Source: a virus
Lineage: Duplodnaviria > Caudoviricetes
IMG/VR virus record: IMGVR_UViG_3300017914_003245
Coordinates: 1-64,000 of that record
Length of the DNA: 64,000 nt
Strand: one strand, 5' to 3'
This document shows, in pieces, positions 1 through 10,317 of the stretch. The position numbers were made by a program, and so were the translations under genes. The notes under the pieces are model-generated. The model did no database searches. It was not told the origin of the DNA and saw nothing but the letters and a program-made list of their open reading frames with translations. Positions within the stretch are counted from its first letter, which is position 1. The number at the start of each line of letters is the position of its first letter.

Positions 1-7
1 CGATACC

Positions 8-3000
8 TTGAGCGCTAACACTCACATAGAAACTGATAAATTACAAGCTAGAAGCGATGCGGGACTTTTGTTGTACGATGATGGTGGAAACGGTATGACC
101 ATATCTGACGGGGGCAACATTGAAACTTCTCACAATTTTACCATACAAGGCTCATTGGATGTTAAAAATAACCTAAATACTTTTGGGGCCATATCCACTA
201 ATTCTTATATAGAAACTGATACATTAAGGGCTAGAAACGATGCAGGGCTTTTGTTGCAAGATGATGATGGAAACGGTGTGACTATATCTGATGGCGGTAA
301 TGCATCTTTCACTCATAAACTAAAAGTTGTCGGAGCTTCTGAGTTTGAAAATTCCTTATCTTACGCGCAATCTAATTTTGTTAATGTAATTCGACCTCAA
401 GGTTCTTTTTATAATTCTGGATCGGCAAGCGGTTATATAAAAATTACCTTACCTCAATCGTGGACGTCTAATCTTATAAGTTTCGATCTCTCTGTTACTC
501 AGACAGATACACAAAATGACACAAATTCTTTTACGTTAAAAATTGCGGGAGAAAATAATAACTCATCTAATTCTTGGGAGCATGTTTCTGCTCAAGTTAT
601 TTCTTCAAATACAGAAAAGGACTATAATGTGCGATTTGGTCATGATGGATCTAAATGCGCGATATACATTGGAGAGTTTAATAGTTCGTGGTCTAGTCCA
701 ATTATTAATTTATTTAATTTTGTTGCATCTTACAACTCTTCTTCTTCTTCTCACGAAGACTGGTCTCAGGGCTGGAGTATATTGATAGTTGATCAATTGG
801 GCGATATATCTAATACTGCAATTGCTCATTTAATTGCTACATCTTTAGATTTAAGAAGTTCAGATCTTGCTTCGGATCATTATTTAATATTAGGTTCTCA
901 GCAAACAAACGAAAGTAAACCTTATACTAGCAATAAATTATTCTGGGACTCCTCTTCTTCGGCTTTATCTATTACTGGCGGAGTAAAAGTAGGGGGACTG
1001 CTTACTATCGAAAGCGATGGTTATGTACCTTGGAATAAAGTTAAAGACGCTCCGTTCAAGGGGTATACTTTAGAAGATATTATACCCTGGGTATCTTCAA
1101 ATAATTTTGAAGACGGAACTTTGGTTAGGACAGACATACCTGCAAATGTCAGTGATGGAGCTTCTTATATTATAGAGGTTACTGGTAAGAGTTATAGTTC
1201 TAATAATCCTCCTTTTCGTTGGATAGCTCAAGGACATATTTCTCAAGGTACTATAAGAAATCATAGTGGTCTATCTGAGTCTGGATATTCTCCGGCTTAT
1301 ATGAAGGTTTTAAAATATACTGATGATAATCTAGCTTTTTGGTGGCCGAGAGTGAGCGACTCTAATTCTTTTGCGGTTCAAGTAAGGTATGCTGGAGACG
1401 AGTGGAATAATAGGGTTATTGGTATTTCCAACTCTACATTACCCACAAGCAATAAAATTGTTCAAACGGATATTAAAAAATCTTGGACAGAATATAATGA
1501 TGGTCATAATTCTGGTTTGGATGCAGATACTGTTGATCAATTACATGCAAGTAGTTTTGTGAGAAATGATGATACTTCTAATCAAACAATACCTAGTAAT
1601 CTAGAAATATCAAAGCAATTAAATTTAACTCAAACTGAAACTACAATTGCCGGAGCTAATTTAGGTAATGCAAGTTTACTAATAGGGTCTTCTGAGCAGG
1701 GCATTGGTATTGATACAAATGAAATTTATGCATCTGGAGCTAATTTATATCTTGGAGTTATAAATGCAAATGATATTGTGTTCAAAACAAACGATGGTAG
1801 TGAAAGCTCGTCTTCAACTAAAGCTGTATTAAATTCAAGTGGTAAATTTGCTATAGGAAGAAGTAGTGCTGTGGCAGAGTTTTCTGTTTATTCTGGCACT
1901 CAAGGATTTGAAGTTAGACCAAATAATGGTAGCGCTGGAAATGGTACTCTTGTAGAATACTTATCAAGAGACGCTAATAGTAGCCAAACCAGTTACAATA
2001 ATCATAGAAGCATTGCGACGGAACATAAATTTGATGTTAATGATGGTACAAGTTTAAGTACTGCTTTGTATTGTGATTCTTCAGGCAACGTTGGTATCGG
2101 TACAACTTCTTTAAGTAATACTTTAACTTTACGAAAATCAAGCGAGGGTCAAGCAGCTCATGGTTTGCGTATCGAATTTGAAGATGATACTGAAGGGGCT
2201 GTAGTTCAAACAACTTCTGAAATTAATGCTGGGCCTGATGGTTTGGTTTTTTCTAATTTAAATAACTCTAGAAATTTTATTTTTAGCGGAGGAAAGATTG
2301 GGGTTGGTATTACAAATCCAAGCCACACACTTCAAGTTTTAGGAGACTTTGGGATTGGAGATAATTCAGGAGATACAGGAATTAGTGACGGAATTATTTT
2401 TAACTCTACTTCAACAAGTAATTACAGAAACTTCATACAACACACAAACGAAGGATTAATCTTTTCCAATACATCTTCATCTGGCAGTAATCGGGACTAC
2501 ATTTTTGAGGACGGAAGGGTTGGTATTGGTTTGATAAATCCCACTCAAGAATTAGAGGTCGTTGGTAATATTAGGTTAGCCAATTGGCTTAGGGCTTCAG
2601 GCGATTTACTTTTAGTTGCAGATGATAATAATGATAATAGTGGTTCGGCAATTCGATTCATGGTCGATGGCACAACTACCGAAACAAATGAAAAAATGAG
2701 GCTGTCCAGCGTGGGGTATTTGGGAATAGGCACTATTGACCCCAAGAACAAGCTTCATGTTGATTATAGTGTCACTGCGAGCGTTGCGAATTTAAGTGAG
2801 GTTAATGACTATTCTGCGATTAGGTTTGGACCATTTCGCCCAGATAATGATACGAATTTATATATTGGCGGAGCAAGCGGAGCAAGGCCAATGCTACAGG
2901 CTAGGGATAGTGGAGCGACAGGCACTGCTAAAGATTTGCTTTTAAATCCTTTTGGGGGTTATGTTGGAATTGGCACTGCGACTCCATCATACAAGCTGGA

Positions 3001-4411
3001 TGTTGATGGAAATACAAGAATCACTGGCGATTTGATTGTTGATGGAGTTGTTTCTGTAGCAGACTCTACTTCAAGGATATCTGTAAGCCATACAGATTCT
3101 GGTTATGCTAGTCACAAGTATTATTTACTTTTGATTAAATACGATTCTAATAGTTATGCAGCTGGAAAAATAATCGGATTTCGTCAAGGATCTAGCGAAG
3201 CATTTCGATTTCTTGATACTTATATAAATGTTGCTTCTACATCTTACCCTGAAGCTCCAACAGATACAGAAGGTACAATGTCTGCGTTCAGAGATAGAAC
3301 TTGGACAACAGGCGGAGATGCTTTTGGAGAATTTTCTAGGGTCACTTTTAATTCTGAATATTATCTTGCTTTAGAAATAGATTCAGGAGCCAATATTCAT
3401 GCTATGAATTGGGATTTTGAAGGAAGAACAAATGCAAGATCAGATCCAAACTTCTTTACTATAAAAAGAGATGATCAAGTTACATATAATAATACTTATG
3501 TTGATTATAAAAGATTAGACTCTCATTTATTTTCTAATCAATCTGGCTTTCTTGGAGTAAAAAATTCTGATCCTAAATCTATATTGGATGTAAAGGCAGA
3601 TGGGTCAAATAATATATATCGAGCAACAGATACAAACGACTATTCTAGATGGAGAATTGATCAAAGCTACAATATGTATTTTAGTGATGCAAATCAAGCT
3701 GATAAATCGATATTTAAAAATGATGGTAGAGTAGGTTTGGGAACAACAACTCCTTGGACGCCATTAACTATCACAAAGACATACGGGGATTACGGGTCAG
3801 ATGGAGCGAATGATGATATTGCTATAGCTCTTGACCAAAGCCAAGCTAATAAGGGTATAGGGTTGAGGTTTAAAACAGGACATCTGTATTACCAAAACTT
3901 AATTGACTCATCTGGAACGCTTCATTGGAAAAGTTATACTTCTGGCAATTACAGAAGTAGGCTTTTATTGACTCAAGCTGGAGCTTTGTCTTTAGGCTCT
4001 CCAGGAAATGGGGAAAATGCTTTTGGTAGATTCTTGTCGTTTGAGGGTAATACGGATTCTAGTGGCGAAGCTAGCTCTAGAATATTTTTTACAGAACACA
4101 ATCGTACTACAGGCAATCAAGACGCCTATGGCATGAGCCTTGCATATCGTGGTGGTGGTACATCTATAACTAGCGCAGCTGGTGGTAATTGGACTGGTTT
4201 GACTCAAATCGGAAATGGTGAGTGGGCTATGTTTGGTCACAATGCAAGTGATACTGGTACTGTTATTATGAAAGGTGATCGCGCCGGAACATACATTCAT
4301 CAAAATGCCAATGTAACTATCGAGGGAGATGTTTCTGCTGCATCTTTAAAAACAAGCAGTTGGACTATTGACGAGGATTCAAATGGGGATTTAATATTCT
4401 CTTATTCATAA
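8..4411 (+). CDS. Long tail fibre protein, 5'-partial (frame is open to the window edge)
   Basis: 1467+ aa, rich in Gly/Ser/Asn/Thr, with many G(N/K/R)(V/I)GIG(T) fibre motifs. A 61-aa internal repeat lies at the N-end (IETDxLxARxDAGLLLxDDxGNG). Confidence 0.85.
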   Translation: MSANTHIETDKLQARSDAGLLLYDDGGNGMTISDGGNIETSHNFTIQGSLDVKNNLNTFGAISTNSYIETDTLRARNDAGLLLQDDDGNGVTISDGGNASFTHKLKVVGASEFENSLSYAQSNFVNVIRPQGSFYNSGSASGYIKITLPQSWTSNLISFDLSVTQTDTQNDTNSFTLKIAGENNNSSNSWEHVSAQVISSNTEKDYNVRFGHDGSKCAIYIGEFNSSWSSPIINLFNFVASYNSSSSSHEDWSQGWSILIVDQLGDISNTAIAHLIATSLDLRSSDLASDHYLILGSQQTNESKPYTSNKLFWDSSSSALSITGGVKVGGLLTIESDGYVPWNKVKDAPFKGYTLEDIIPWVSSNNFEDGTLVRTDIPANVSDGASYIIEVTGKSYSSNNPPFRWIAQGHISQGTIRNHSGLSESGYSPAYMKVLKYTDDNLAFWWPRVSDSNSFAVQVRYAGDEWNNRVIGISNSTLPTSNKIVQTDIKKSWTEYNDGHNSGLDADTVDQLHASSFVRNDDTSNQTIPSNLEISKQLNLTQTETTIAGANLGNASLLIGSSEQGIGIDTNEIYASGANLYLGVINANDIVFKTNDGSESSSSTKAVLNSSGKFAIGRSSAVAEFSVYSGTQGFEVRPNNGSAGNGTLVEYLSRDANSSQTSYNNHRSIATEHKFDVNDGTSLSTALYCDSSGNVGIGTTSLSNTLTLRKSSEGQAAHGLRIEFEDDTEGAVVQTTSEINAGPDGLVFSNLNNSRNFIFSGGKIGVGITNPSHTLQVLGDFGIGDNSGDTGISDGIIFNSTSTSNYRNFIQHTNEGLIFSNTSSSGSNRDYIFEDGRVGIGLINPTQELEVVGNIRLANWLRASGDLLLVADDNNDNSGSAIRFMVDGTTTETNEKMRLSSVGYLGIGTIDPKNKLHVDYSVTASVANLSEVNDYSAIRFGPFRPDNDTNLYIGGASGARPMLQARDSGATGTAKDLLLNPFGGYVGIGTATPSYKLDVDGNTRITGDLIVDGVVSVADSTSRISVSHTDSGYASHKYYLLLIKYDSNSYAAGKIIGFRQGSSEAFRFLDTYINVASTSYPEAPTDTEGTMSAFRDRTWTTGGDAFGEFSRVTFNSEYYLALEIDSGANIHAMNWDFEGRTNARSDPNFFTIKRDDQVTYNNTYVDYKRLDSHLFSNQSGFLGVKNSDPKSILDVKADGSNNIYRATDTNDYSRWRIDQSYNMYFSDANQADKSIFKNDGRVGLGTTTPWTPLTITKTYGDYGSDGANDDIAIALDQSQANKGIGLRFKTGHLYYQNLIDSSGTLHWKSYTSGNYRSRLLLTQAGALSLGSPGNGENAFGRFLSFEGNTDSSGEASSRIFFTEHNRTTGNQDAYGMSLAYRGGGTSITSAAGGNWTGLTQIGNGEWAMFGHNASDTGTVIMKGDRAGTYIHQNANVTIEGDVSAASLKTSSWTIDEDSNGDLIFSYS
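15..304 (+). repeat. Two diverged ~107-bp copies, period 183 bp, inside the tail fibre gene
   Basis: ATAGAAACTGATA occurs at 26 and 209. The encoded peptides THIETDKLQARSDAGLLLYDDGGNGMTISDGGN and SYIETDTLRARNDAGLLLQDDDGNGVTISDGGN align. Confidence 0.85.
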
Positions 4412-5889
4412 TGGCTGTAAAATTAAAATATAAAAAAAGCATAAATGAGTTGGAGACCCTTGGATTTTATGACGAAGTACTTTATACAGAGTCTGCAGGA
4501 ATTGGAGCAAACAGAAAAGGGAAGTTATTAAAAAGCGACGGCACTTTTATTGGTACAGAATGGTCTGAAGACCAAGATATTTTATACGGAAACTCGGGAT
4601 TAACTCCGGATCTAGGAAATTTCTCAACACCATACTTAGGTTATACTCAAACTAATATCTCTGTTACTACTAGAGATCTTGCAACAAGACACGGAAATAG
4701 ATATGGGTTTGTGATTCATAGATATCCGAACATTGCAAGCACATTAACCTGGGGAGGAATAAATCTCGTACCACCTGCTGATTTGATGAGGGTTTCTGGC
4801 GCTAGGTTTAGATTGAGTTTTGATTATCGAGGATATTCCATTCCTTATAATATGGAAGTTTATCAAAGTTTTTCAACTGGTTGGAGTAGTTATAGTGTTG
4901 GCTTACCAACTCCGTGGAGTTCTCCGGTTTCATCTTTTGATACAGACTGGGAGTGGAGAAGAAAGACTCATGATTTTAGTATGAGCGACACATATTTAAA
5001 TTGGATTCCAGGTTCAAATCAACAAGCTTGGGACTCGACTGTTTCATATACTGGTGGTTGGTATGGAGTAACTCACGATGGCTATCTTTATCGACATGTC
5101 AGTGGTAAAACTTCTACAATTGGGGTAACTCCAGATCAAGAATATGCGTCTGACAGAAGCAAGGTGTGGGACCTTAAGTGGCCCATGACCCCAGGTTATG
5201 CTAATGTATACAGGCACATAAAGATAGGTTTTAGTTATCAGGTTCAAAATTCTAGAGGAACTCATGTTCATATAGACAATATTAGATTAACAAATATATC
5301 AAACGGAAATTCTTTTCGTTATGATATAGAAAAAGAAAGTTGGTTTGCTGATACTCTTGTTGAAAGAGGGGTCGAGGTGTTATTGAAAGGTACAGCTTAT
5401 GTTATGCAAGGAAGAAGTGATAATGGCACTGATGTATTTGCTGTAGAAGGAAATAGATATTTATCTTTAAATGGTAATGTAGTATACAATACAGGAGGTA
5501 GAGGTTTGAGGTTGGCAGTTTTTGATGCTAGTGGCGCAGTATCTTTTCAACAAACATATGATGTTCATGGTAGTGGTGTAGAGTGCGATAATTTGTATAA
5601 TAAGTTAAATTCATTATCTTCAGATGATTATTGGAGTTTAAGTTCTAACGATGCAATCGGTGCAGAATCGAGACACGATACAAATCCAAGTCTAAGAAAT
5701 CTTTTGGTTGCAATGGGTTCGAGAATGTGGAATCCTAACGACAATATTTATTTGTGGGAAATTAATTCAACTGCCGCAAGAAACACTTATGCTGCTGTGG
5801 GTATTGGAAATAGATTAAAAAAAGAAGACGGGTCTAATGGTTCGGATACTAGATACAAAAGAAAAGCAGTGATACAATTAAACATGTAA
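4411..5889 (+). CDS. Tail-associated protein with C-terminal ILEI/PANDER (GG-type lectin)-like domain
   Basis: GRGLRLAVFD...QQTYDVHG...L.SLSSDDYWSLSSNDA...LVAMGS...RNTYAAVG follows the ILEI pattern. Its start overlaps the fibre gene stop (TAATG). Confidence 0.6.
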   Translation: MAVKLKYKKSINELETLGFYDEVLYTESAGIGANRKGKLLKSDGTFIGTEWSEDQDILYGNSGLTPDLGNFSTPYLGYTQTNISVTTRDLATRHGNRYGFVIHRYPNIASTLTWGGINLVPPADLMRVSGARFRLSFDYRGYSIPYNMEVYQSFSTGWSSYSVGLPTPWSSPVSSFDTDWEWRRKTHDFSMSDTYLNWIPGSNQQAWDSTVSYTGGWYGVTHDGYLYRHVSGKTSTIGVTPDQEYASDRSKVWDLKWPMTPGYANVYRHIKIGFSYQVQNSRGTHVHIDNIRLTNISNGNSFRYDIEKESWFADTLVERGVEVLLKGTAYVMQGRSDNGTDVFAVEGNRYLSLNGNVVYNTGGRGLRLAVFDASGAVSFQQTYDVHGSGVECDNLYNKLNSLSSDDYWSLSSNDAIGAESRHDTNPSLRNLLVAMGSRMWNPNDNIYLWEINSTAARNTYAAVGIGNRLKKEDGSNGSDTRYKRKAVIQLNM

Positions 5890-5890
5890 A

Positions 5891-6052
5891 ATGACAGAAA
5901 AAGAACAACTAGAAAATGAGCTTGGTTTTATGACATGTGAAATCTGTGAATGTGAGTGCGAGAAGGATAGAATAGAAATGGAAAAAGTGTATAATAATAA
6001 AATACAAGAAATACTCAAGAGGCTACGCAAAATAGAAATAGAAAATGGCTAA
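5891..6052 (+). CDS. Small Cys-rich protein (53 aa, CEICECEC), below the ORF-track cutoff
   Basis: My translation is MTEKEQLENELGFMTCEICECECEKDRIEMEKVYNNKIQEILKRLRKIEIENG. It fills the gap between two fibre genes and overlaps the next ATG. Confidence 0.65.
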   Translation: MTEKEQLENELGFMTCEICECECEKDRIEMEKVYNNKIQEILKRLRKIEIENG

Positions 6053-8393
6053 TTTAAAAGCAGGAAGTACAATAGGCGGAGAAGCAGTATTAACTGCGGG
6101 CAATATATCAAGTTATAATTTAAATTTCTTGAACGGCAATGTGGGTATTGGTACTGCGAGCCCTGGTTCAAAGTTAGAGGTAATTGCTGATTCAGTACCT
6201 GCTAACACGCCTGCTGTATGGCTGCATAATGCTGATAATCAAACAAACCGTGATGGAGTGGTTATCAGTTCAGTTAATAATAATGCGGATGCAGAAGTAC
6301 TTCATGTGCGCTCAAATAATACCACCTATAATGGAGGAACTAGTCATTTACTTGTCAGGGGGGACGGAAATGTAGGTATTGGTACTGATAGTCCTGGTGC
6401 GAGGTTGCATATTAAAAATAATTACACCAATTCAAATTTACGCATAGATGGTGGAAATAGTCTTGTTTCTTTGCAATGTGTCAATGATGGAAATACAGAA
6501 AATGTTGATCTGGCGATTGGGCCTTCCTTAAACACAGTATATATAAAAAACGATGGCAAAGTCGGTATTGGTACTACGGATCCTGGCGCTCATAAATTAT
6601 TTGTTAATGGTTCAGCTAATGTGCAAGGTAGGATGTATGCGGATTCTTTTTATTTAAAGAGTAGTGCATACGAGATGTGGGAGAGGGGTTATGTGGTAAA
6701 TTCTACCAACCACGGAGAACTTCTAACCGAAGCCGGAGGATCATTAAGTCAAGGTGGCAGTTATCGAGTAACTGCTCATATCCCTGGGACAGGTACACAC
6801 ACTGGTGCTAGTGCTGTATTTTGGAATAATGATGGCACTTGGTATGTCAATCAGACCGTTCAGCCAGCCAATTATAGTAACCATGTAGGGTTTTATGTAA
6901 GTTCAGATAATAAGCCAGTTATCCGTACATGGCATACTGCTAATTACACCATTAGTGTTCTTCATGAGAGGATGCAGTTAGGTGAAAATGACACAGAAAA
7001 CACTCGTCACCTGTTTGGGATGGATGGGCTGCTTAGTTATCAGAATGACGGGCGTTTATATTTAAATAGGTACCAGAAGAAAGACGACTCTAGTTCTGGG
7101 AATAAGTTAGTTCATCAGACTAGCCAGTACTCAATTTGGGATGTCTATAAGGTGTCAAGCAATGGATTTTTGATGGCACACAATGACTCAGGAGCTAATA
7201 ACTTTTGGTTAGGGGCGAACACACATTACAATTCGAATGGGTGGAAATCCTTAAGCGCTGGTCGGTCTAGTTGGGGCAAGTTTGGGGGTGGTAGTACTTC
7301 TGATGTATTTGGTGTATACTCAGATACAACTACTGAGGACGGTGGGGCTATTACCACCGCAAACAATGAAATGTTTAAGGTCACCAATACGACCACCTAC
7401 GATCATGGCAACACGAATATTCATACGGGCAATATTAGTAGCTATGCATTTAATGGTGGTACGGTAACTTCTGCTATTACCATACAAAACTCTAACCCTA
7501 TACTAATTTTAAAGGACACGAATGGTGGTGATGCTAACAGCCAAACAGGTTATATAAACTTTACTGATAATGATAATACTTCACGAGGGTGGGTCGGTTT
7601 TGGAAGTACTGGAGATAAAATTATTTCCATCAAAAATAACATCGGTGGTATAAATTTTTTAACAGCTGCTGGCTCTACAGTACAAGCAAATAGCAGTAAA
7701 GTTTTTACTGACGCTTATCATCCAAATGCTGACCAGTGGACCACATCAAGAACTTTAACTTTAGGAGGGGATCTTTCTGGGTCAGTTAGTATCAACGGAG
7801 GATCAAATGTCACTTTAAATGCTACGGTTGCTGATAGCACCCATGACGATAGGTACGGCAGATACATGCCCAATGTCACCTTTAACAATAGCTTTTCGGG
7901 AACCTACCAGACGGCCGACTTTATTAATGAGCTAAAAAATGACTATGGTTGCTTTAACAATAACCACATATCCATGAAGGTAGGTTGGAGTTACGCTGGA
8001 AATAGGAATTTAGATACGGGAGACGGCACCATAGAGTTAGCTGGTTGCGTAATAGAAACATGGGGGCAAGGATCTTACAAGCATGTTAGGATAACTAGAC
8101 CAAATACAGGAACAGGCGGACCTTCCGTGTGGGAGTATAATGATCAAGGTACAGGTTACGCGCCTGGCTGGAGAAGATTTTGGACTGATCGAGATTTTGA
8201 CATATCAGATTATTGTCTGAATGATGACCCTAGGTTATCTGATGCTCGTGCTCCTATCAACCACTCTGCTGACAAAATAACTAGTGGAACGTTGAGTAGC
8301 GCAAGAATTCCTGCAGCAACAGCTACTAGTTTAGGAGGGGTTAAGGTTAGTTATGATGCAGACACACAAACACTAAGCATAACCACCACCTGA
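6045..8393 (+). CDS. Tail fibre protein
   Basis: GNVGIGT repeats plus the phage fibre motifs WTTSRTLTLGGDLSGSVSINGGSNVTL, DDPRLSDAR, ITSGTLSSARIP and ATATSLGGVKV. Confidence 0.85.
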   Translation: MANLKAGSTIGGEAVLTAGNISSYNLNFLNGNVGIGTASPGSKLEVIADSVPANTPAVWLHNADNQTNRDGVVISSVNNNADAEVLHVRSNNTTYNGGTSHLLVRGDGNVGIGTDSPGARLHIKNNYTNSNLRIDGGNSLVSLQCVNDGNTENVDLAIGPSLNTVYIKNDGKVGIGTTDPGAHKLFVNGSANVQGRMYADSFYLKSSAYEMWERGYVVNSTNHGELLTEAGGSLSQGGSYRVTAHIPGTGTHTGASAVFWNNDGTWYVNQTVQPANYSNHVGFYVSSDNKPVIRTWHTANYTISVLHERMQLGENDTENTRHLFGMDGLLSYQNDGRLYLNRYQKKDDSSSGNKLVHQTSQYSIWDVYKVSSNGFLMAHNDSGANNFWLGANTHYNSNGWKSLSAGRSSWGKFGGGSTSDVFGVYSDTTTEDGGAITTANNEMFKVTNTTTYDHGNTNIHTGNISSYAFNGGTVTSAITIQNSNPILILKDTNGGDANSQTGYINFTDNDNTSRGWVGFGSTGDKIISIKNNIGGINFLTAAGSTVQANSSKVFTDAYHPNADQWTTSRTLTLGGDLSGSVSINGGSNVTLNATVADSTHDDRYGRYMPNVTFNNSFSGTYQTADFINELKNDYGCFNNNHISMKVGWSYAGNRNLDTGDGTIELAGCVIETWGQGSYKHVRITRPNTGTGGPSVWEYNDQGTGYAPGWRRFWTDRDFDISDYCLNDDPRLSDARAPINHSADKITSGTLSSARIPAATATSLGGVKVSYDADTQTLSITTT

Positions 8394-8397
8394 TGAT

Positions 8398-10317
8398 ATG
8401 CTGTTTAAGTTTAATAATCAAGAAGTTAAACAAATAACGTTTGATGACAATGCTGTTAATTTTGTAACAGCAGAAATTTTAACCAACGGAAATACAAATG
8501 GCTCTGTTGTAGTTTGGGCGAACATACCAGATACGCCTGTTCCAAGTCATTCAAGCGTAACCACAAGCTCGGTCGTTATTTCTTGGACTGCAGTTGACCG
8601 AGCAAACAATTATACTGTTTTATTGGGCGGTTCTACATATTCAACTTCAAGCACTCAAATTACAATAAACAATTTGAGTCAAAATACATCATTTAATTAT
8701 CAAGTAAAAGCCAATGGCGATGGAGGTTCTTCAGAATACTCTACTGCAAAATCCTTTACAACTTCTCAAGTATCTCTCGCGACCCCTTCTGTTTCCACAA
8801 GCAAAACTACAAGCAGCGTAACTCTTTCTTGGTCGGCAATTTCGAACGCAACTCAATATCGTATAGTGTTCAACGGAACAACTTATACTCAAACAGGAAC
8901 CTCTAGGACGATTAGTGGCTTGAGTCACAATACAACTTATAGTTGGCAGGTTCGTGCAGAAGATACTTCTGGAAGTGGTTCTAGTCGTTATGCGAACTCA
9001 AGCTACAGAACTGGATCCACAACCACGACTCAAGCTGCTCTTTCGAGACCCTCTGTTTCCGCAAGTGCAACTACAAGCAGCGTAACTCTTTCTTGGTCAG
9101 CAATTTCGAACGCAACTCGATATCGTATAGTGTTCAACGGAACAACTTATACTCAAACAGGAACCTCTAAGACGATTAGTGGCTTGAGTCACAGTACAAC
9201 TTATAGTTGGCAGGTTCGTGCAGAAGATACTTCTGGAAGTGGTTCTAGTCGTTATGCGAGCTCAAGCTACAGAACTGGATCCACTACCACCTCACAGCTA
9301 CCAAAATACCCTGCGCCTGTTATAAATTCTGTTACCAACCATGTAGGTGGCACAGGAAATTTTACAGTTAATTTTAATAATGCTGCGTACAAATCATATA
9401 CCATAGAAGCTGAAGTAACCTCTAGCGTACTTAATCTGACTAAAACATATACTCAAAACTATAGCAGTAGTAGCGCATCAACTCAAAATTTTGTAAAAGA
9501 TTTATGGAGTGACTTTGGGGGATTAAGCGTACAAGTTAAATTAAGATTTAAAAATATAAGCAACTACAGGGATAGTGACTATTCAAATATTGCCAATGGC
9601 AAAGTTCCCATTAAAAAGCCAGATTTAGTAATCGTGCCAGGTGAAAATTTAGTTCGGTTAAGTCATCCAGAAGTACCTAATCACGGAAGGACTACTGTGT
9701 TTGCTAGATTCGGCAGAAGCACAACTTCGGATTCATGGAATGACGAAGATAATTGGTTACAGTGGAATCCTACAACTTTACAAGGAGCTTCATCCGATGC
9801 ATCGGATTTTAGTGTTGAAGCTACTTACGCTGAGCTTCGTCAAAGAGATGCCAATTTTAATCCTTGGTATTTTCAAGGCAAATTTACAGTAGAATCTGGA
9901 GAATTACCAAACACGTTTTATGGTGATTTCGCAAACATTATAGCAGTAAATACTATACCTTCTCAGGAAATTACCATACATGGTTATGTCTCTGATGATG
10001 GAGATGACTATCAATCGATATATTACACTGCCCAGAAAACTGAAACGGTGATATTGTATGAATCCAACATCAATCGTGGCACGTTTGAGATGAAAGCTGG
10101 TACGTGGGTTGTGTACTTGGACAATGGTGATGATTATAAGCGAAATAATCACTTATCTGATTACGGCCTGCCATCAAGTCACCAATATTATATCGCTAAT
10201 AATGTGACTAATGTAGGATATCTAGACGCCCCAAAGTTTCAAGGTCTCGACAGCGGTACTTTTTCAAATGTAGGCGTGCAAATCGCACGCATTAGGGACG
10301 ATAGGGATGGAGATTAA
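8398..10317 (+). CDS. Fibronectin type III repeat virion/decoration protein
   Basis: Three FN3-like units (TxSSVxxSWxAxxxAxxYxxxxxG...IxxLxxNTxYxxQVxA), followed by further beta-rich domains. Confidence 0.8.
   Translation: MLFKFNNQEVKQITFDDNAVNFVTAEILTNGNTNGSVVVWANIPDTPVPSHSSVTTSSVVISWTAVDRANNYTVLLGGSTYSTSSTQITINNLSQNTSFNYQVKANGDGGSSEYSTAKSFTTSQVSLATPSVSTSKTTSSVTLSWSAISNATQYRIVFNGTTYTQTGTSRTISGLSHNTTYSWQVRAEDTSGSGSSRYANSSYRTGSTTTTQAALSRPSVSASATTSSVTLSWSAISNATRYRIVFNGTTYTQTGTSKTISGLSHSTTYSWQVRAEDTSGSGSSRYASSSYRTGSTTTSQLPKYPAPVINSVTNHVGGTGNFTVNFNNAAYKSYTIEAEVTSSVLNLTKTYTQNYSSSSASTQNFVKDLWSDFGGLSVQVKLRFKNISNYRDSDYSNIANGKVPIKKPDLVIVPGENLVRLSHPEVPNHGRTTVFARFGRSTTSDSWNDEDNWLQWNPTTLQGASSDASDFSVEATYAELRQRDANFNPWYFQGKFTVESGELPNTFYGDFANIIAVNTIPSQEITIHGYVSDDGDDYQSIYYTAQKTETVILYESNINRGTFEMKAGTWVVYLDNGDDYKRNNHLSDYGLPSSHQYYIANNVTNVGYLDAPKFQGLDSGTFSNVGVQIARIRDDRDGD
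8788..9290 (+). repeat. Recent tandem duplication of an FN3 unit (8788-9026 and 9052-9290, period 264 bp)
   Basis: Direct alignment gives about 10 mismatches in 239 bp. Confidence 0.95.

Noticed and set aside
15-304. DGR or mobile repeat at the start of the fibre gene
   Set aside because: Differences involve all four bases; this is an ordinary diverged domain repeat.
8788-9290. Diversity-generating retroelement TR/VR pair
   Set aside because: Both copies are in-frame coding, the mismatches are not strictly one-directional at adenines, most adenines are unchanged, and no reverse transcriptase is in the window. Kept only as a low-level finding.
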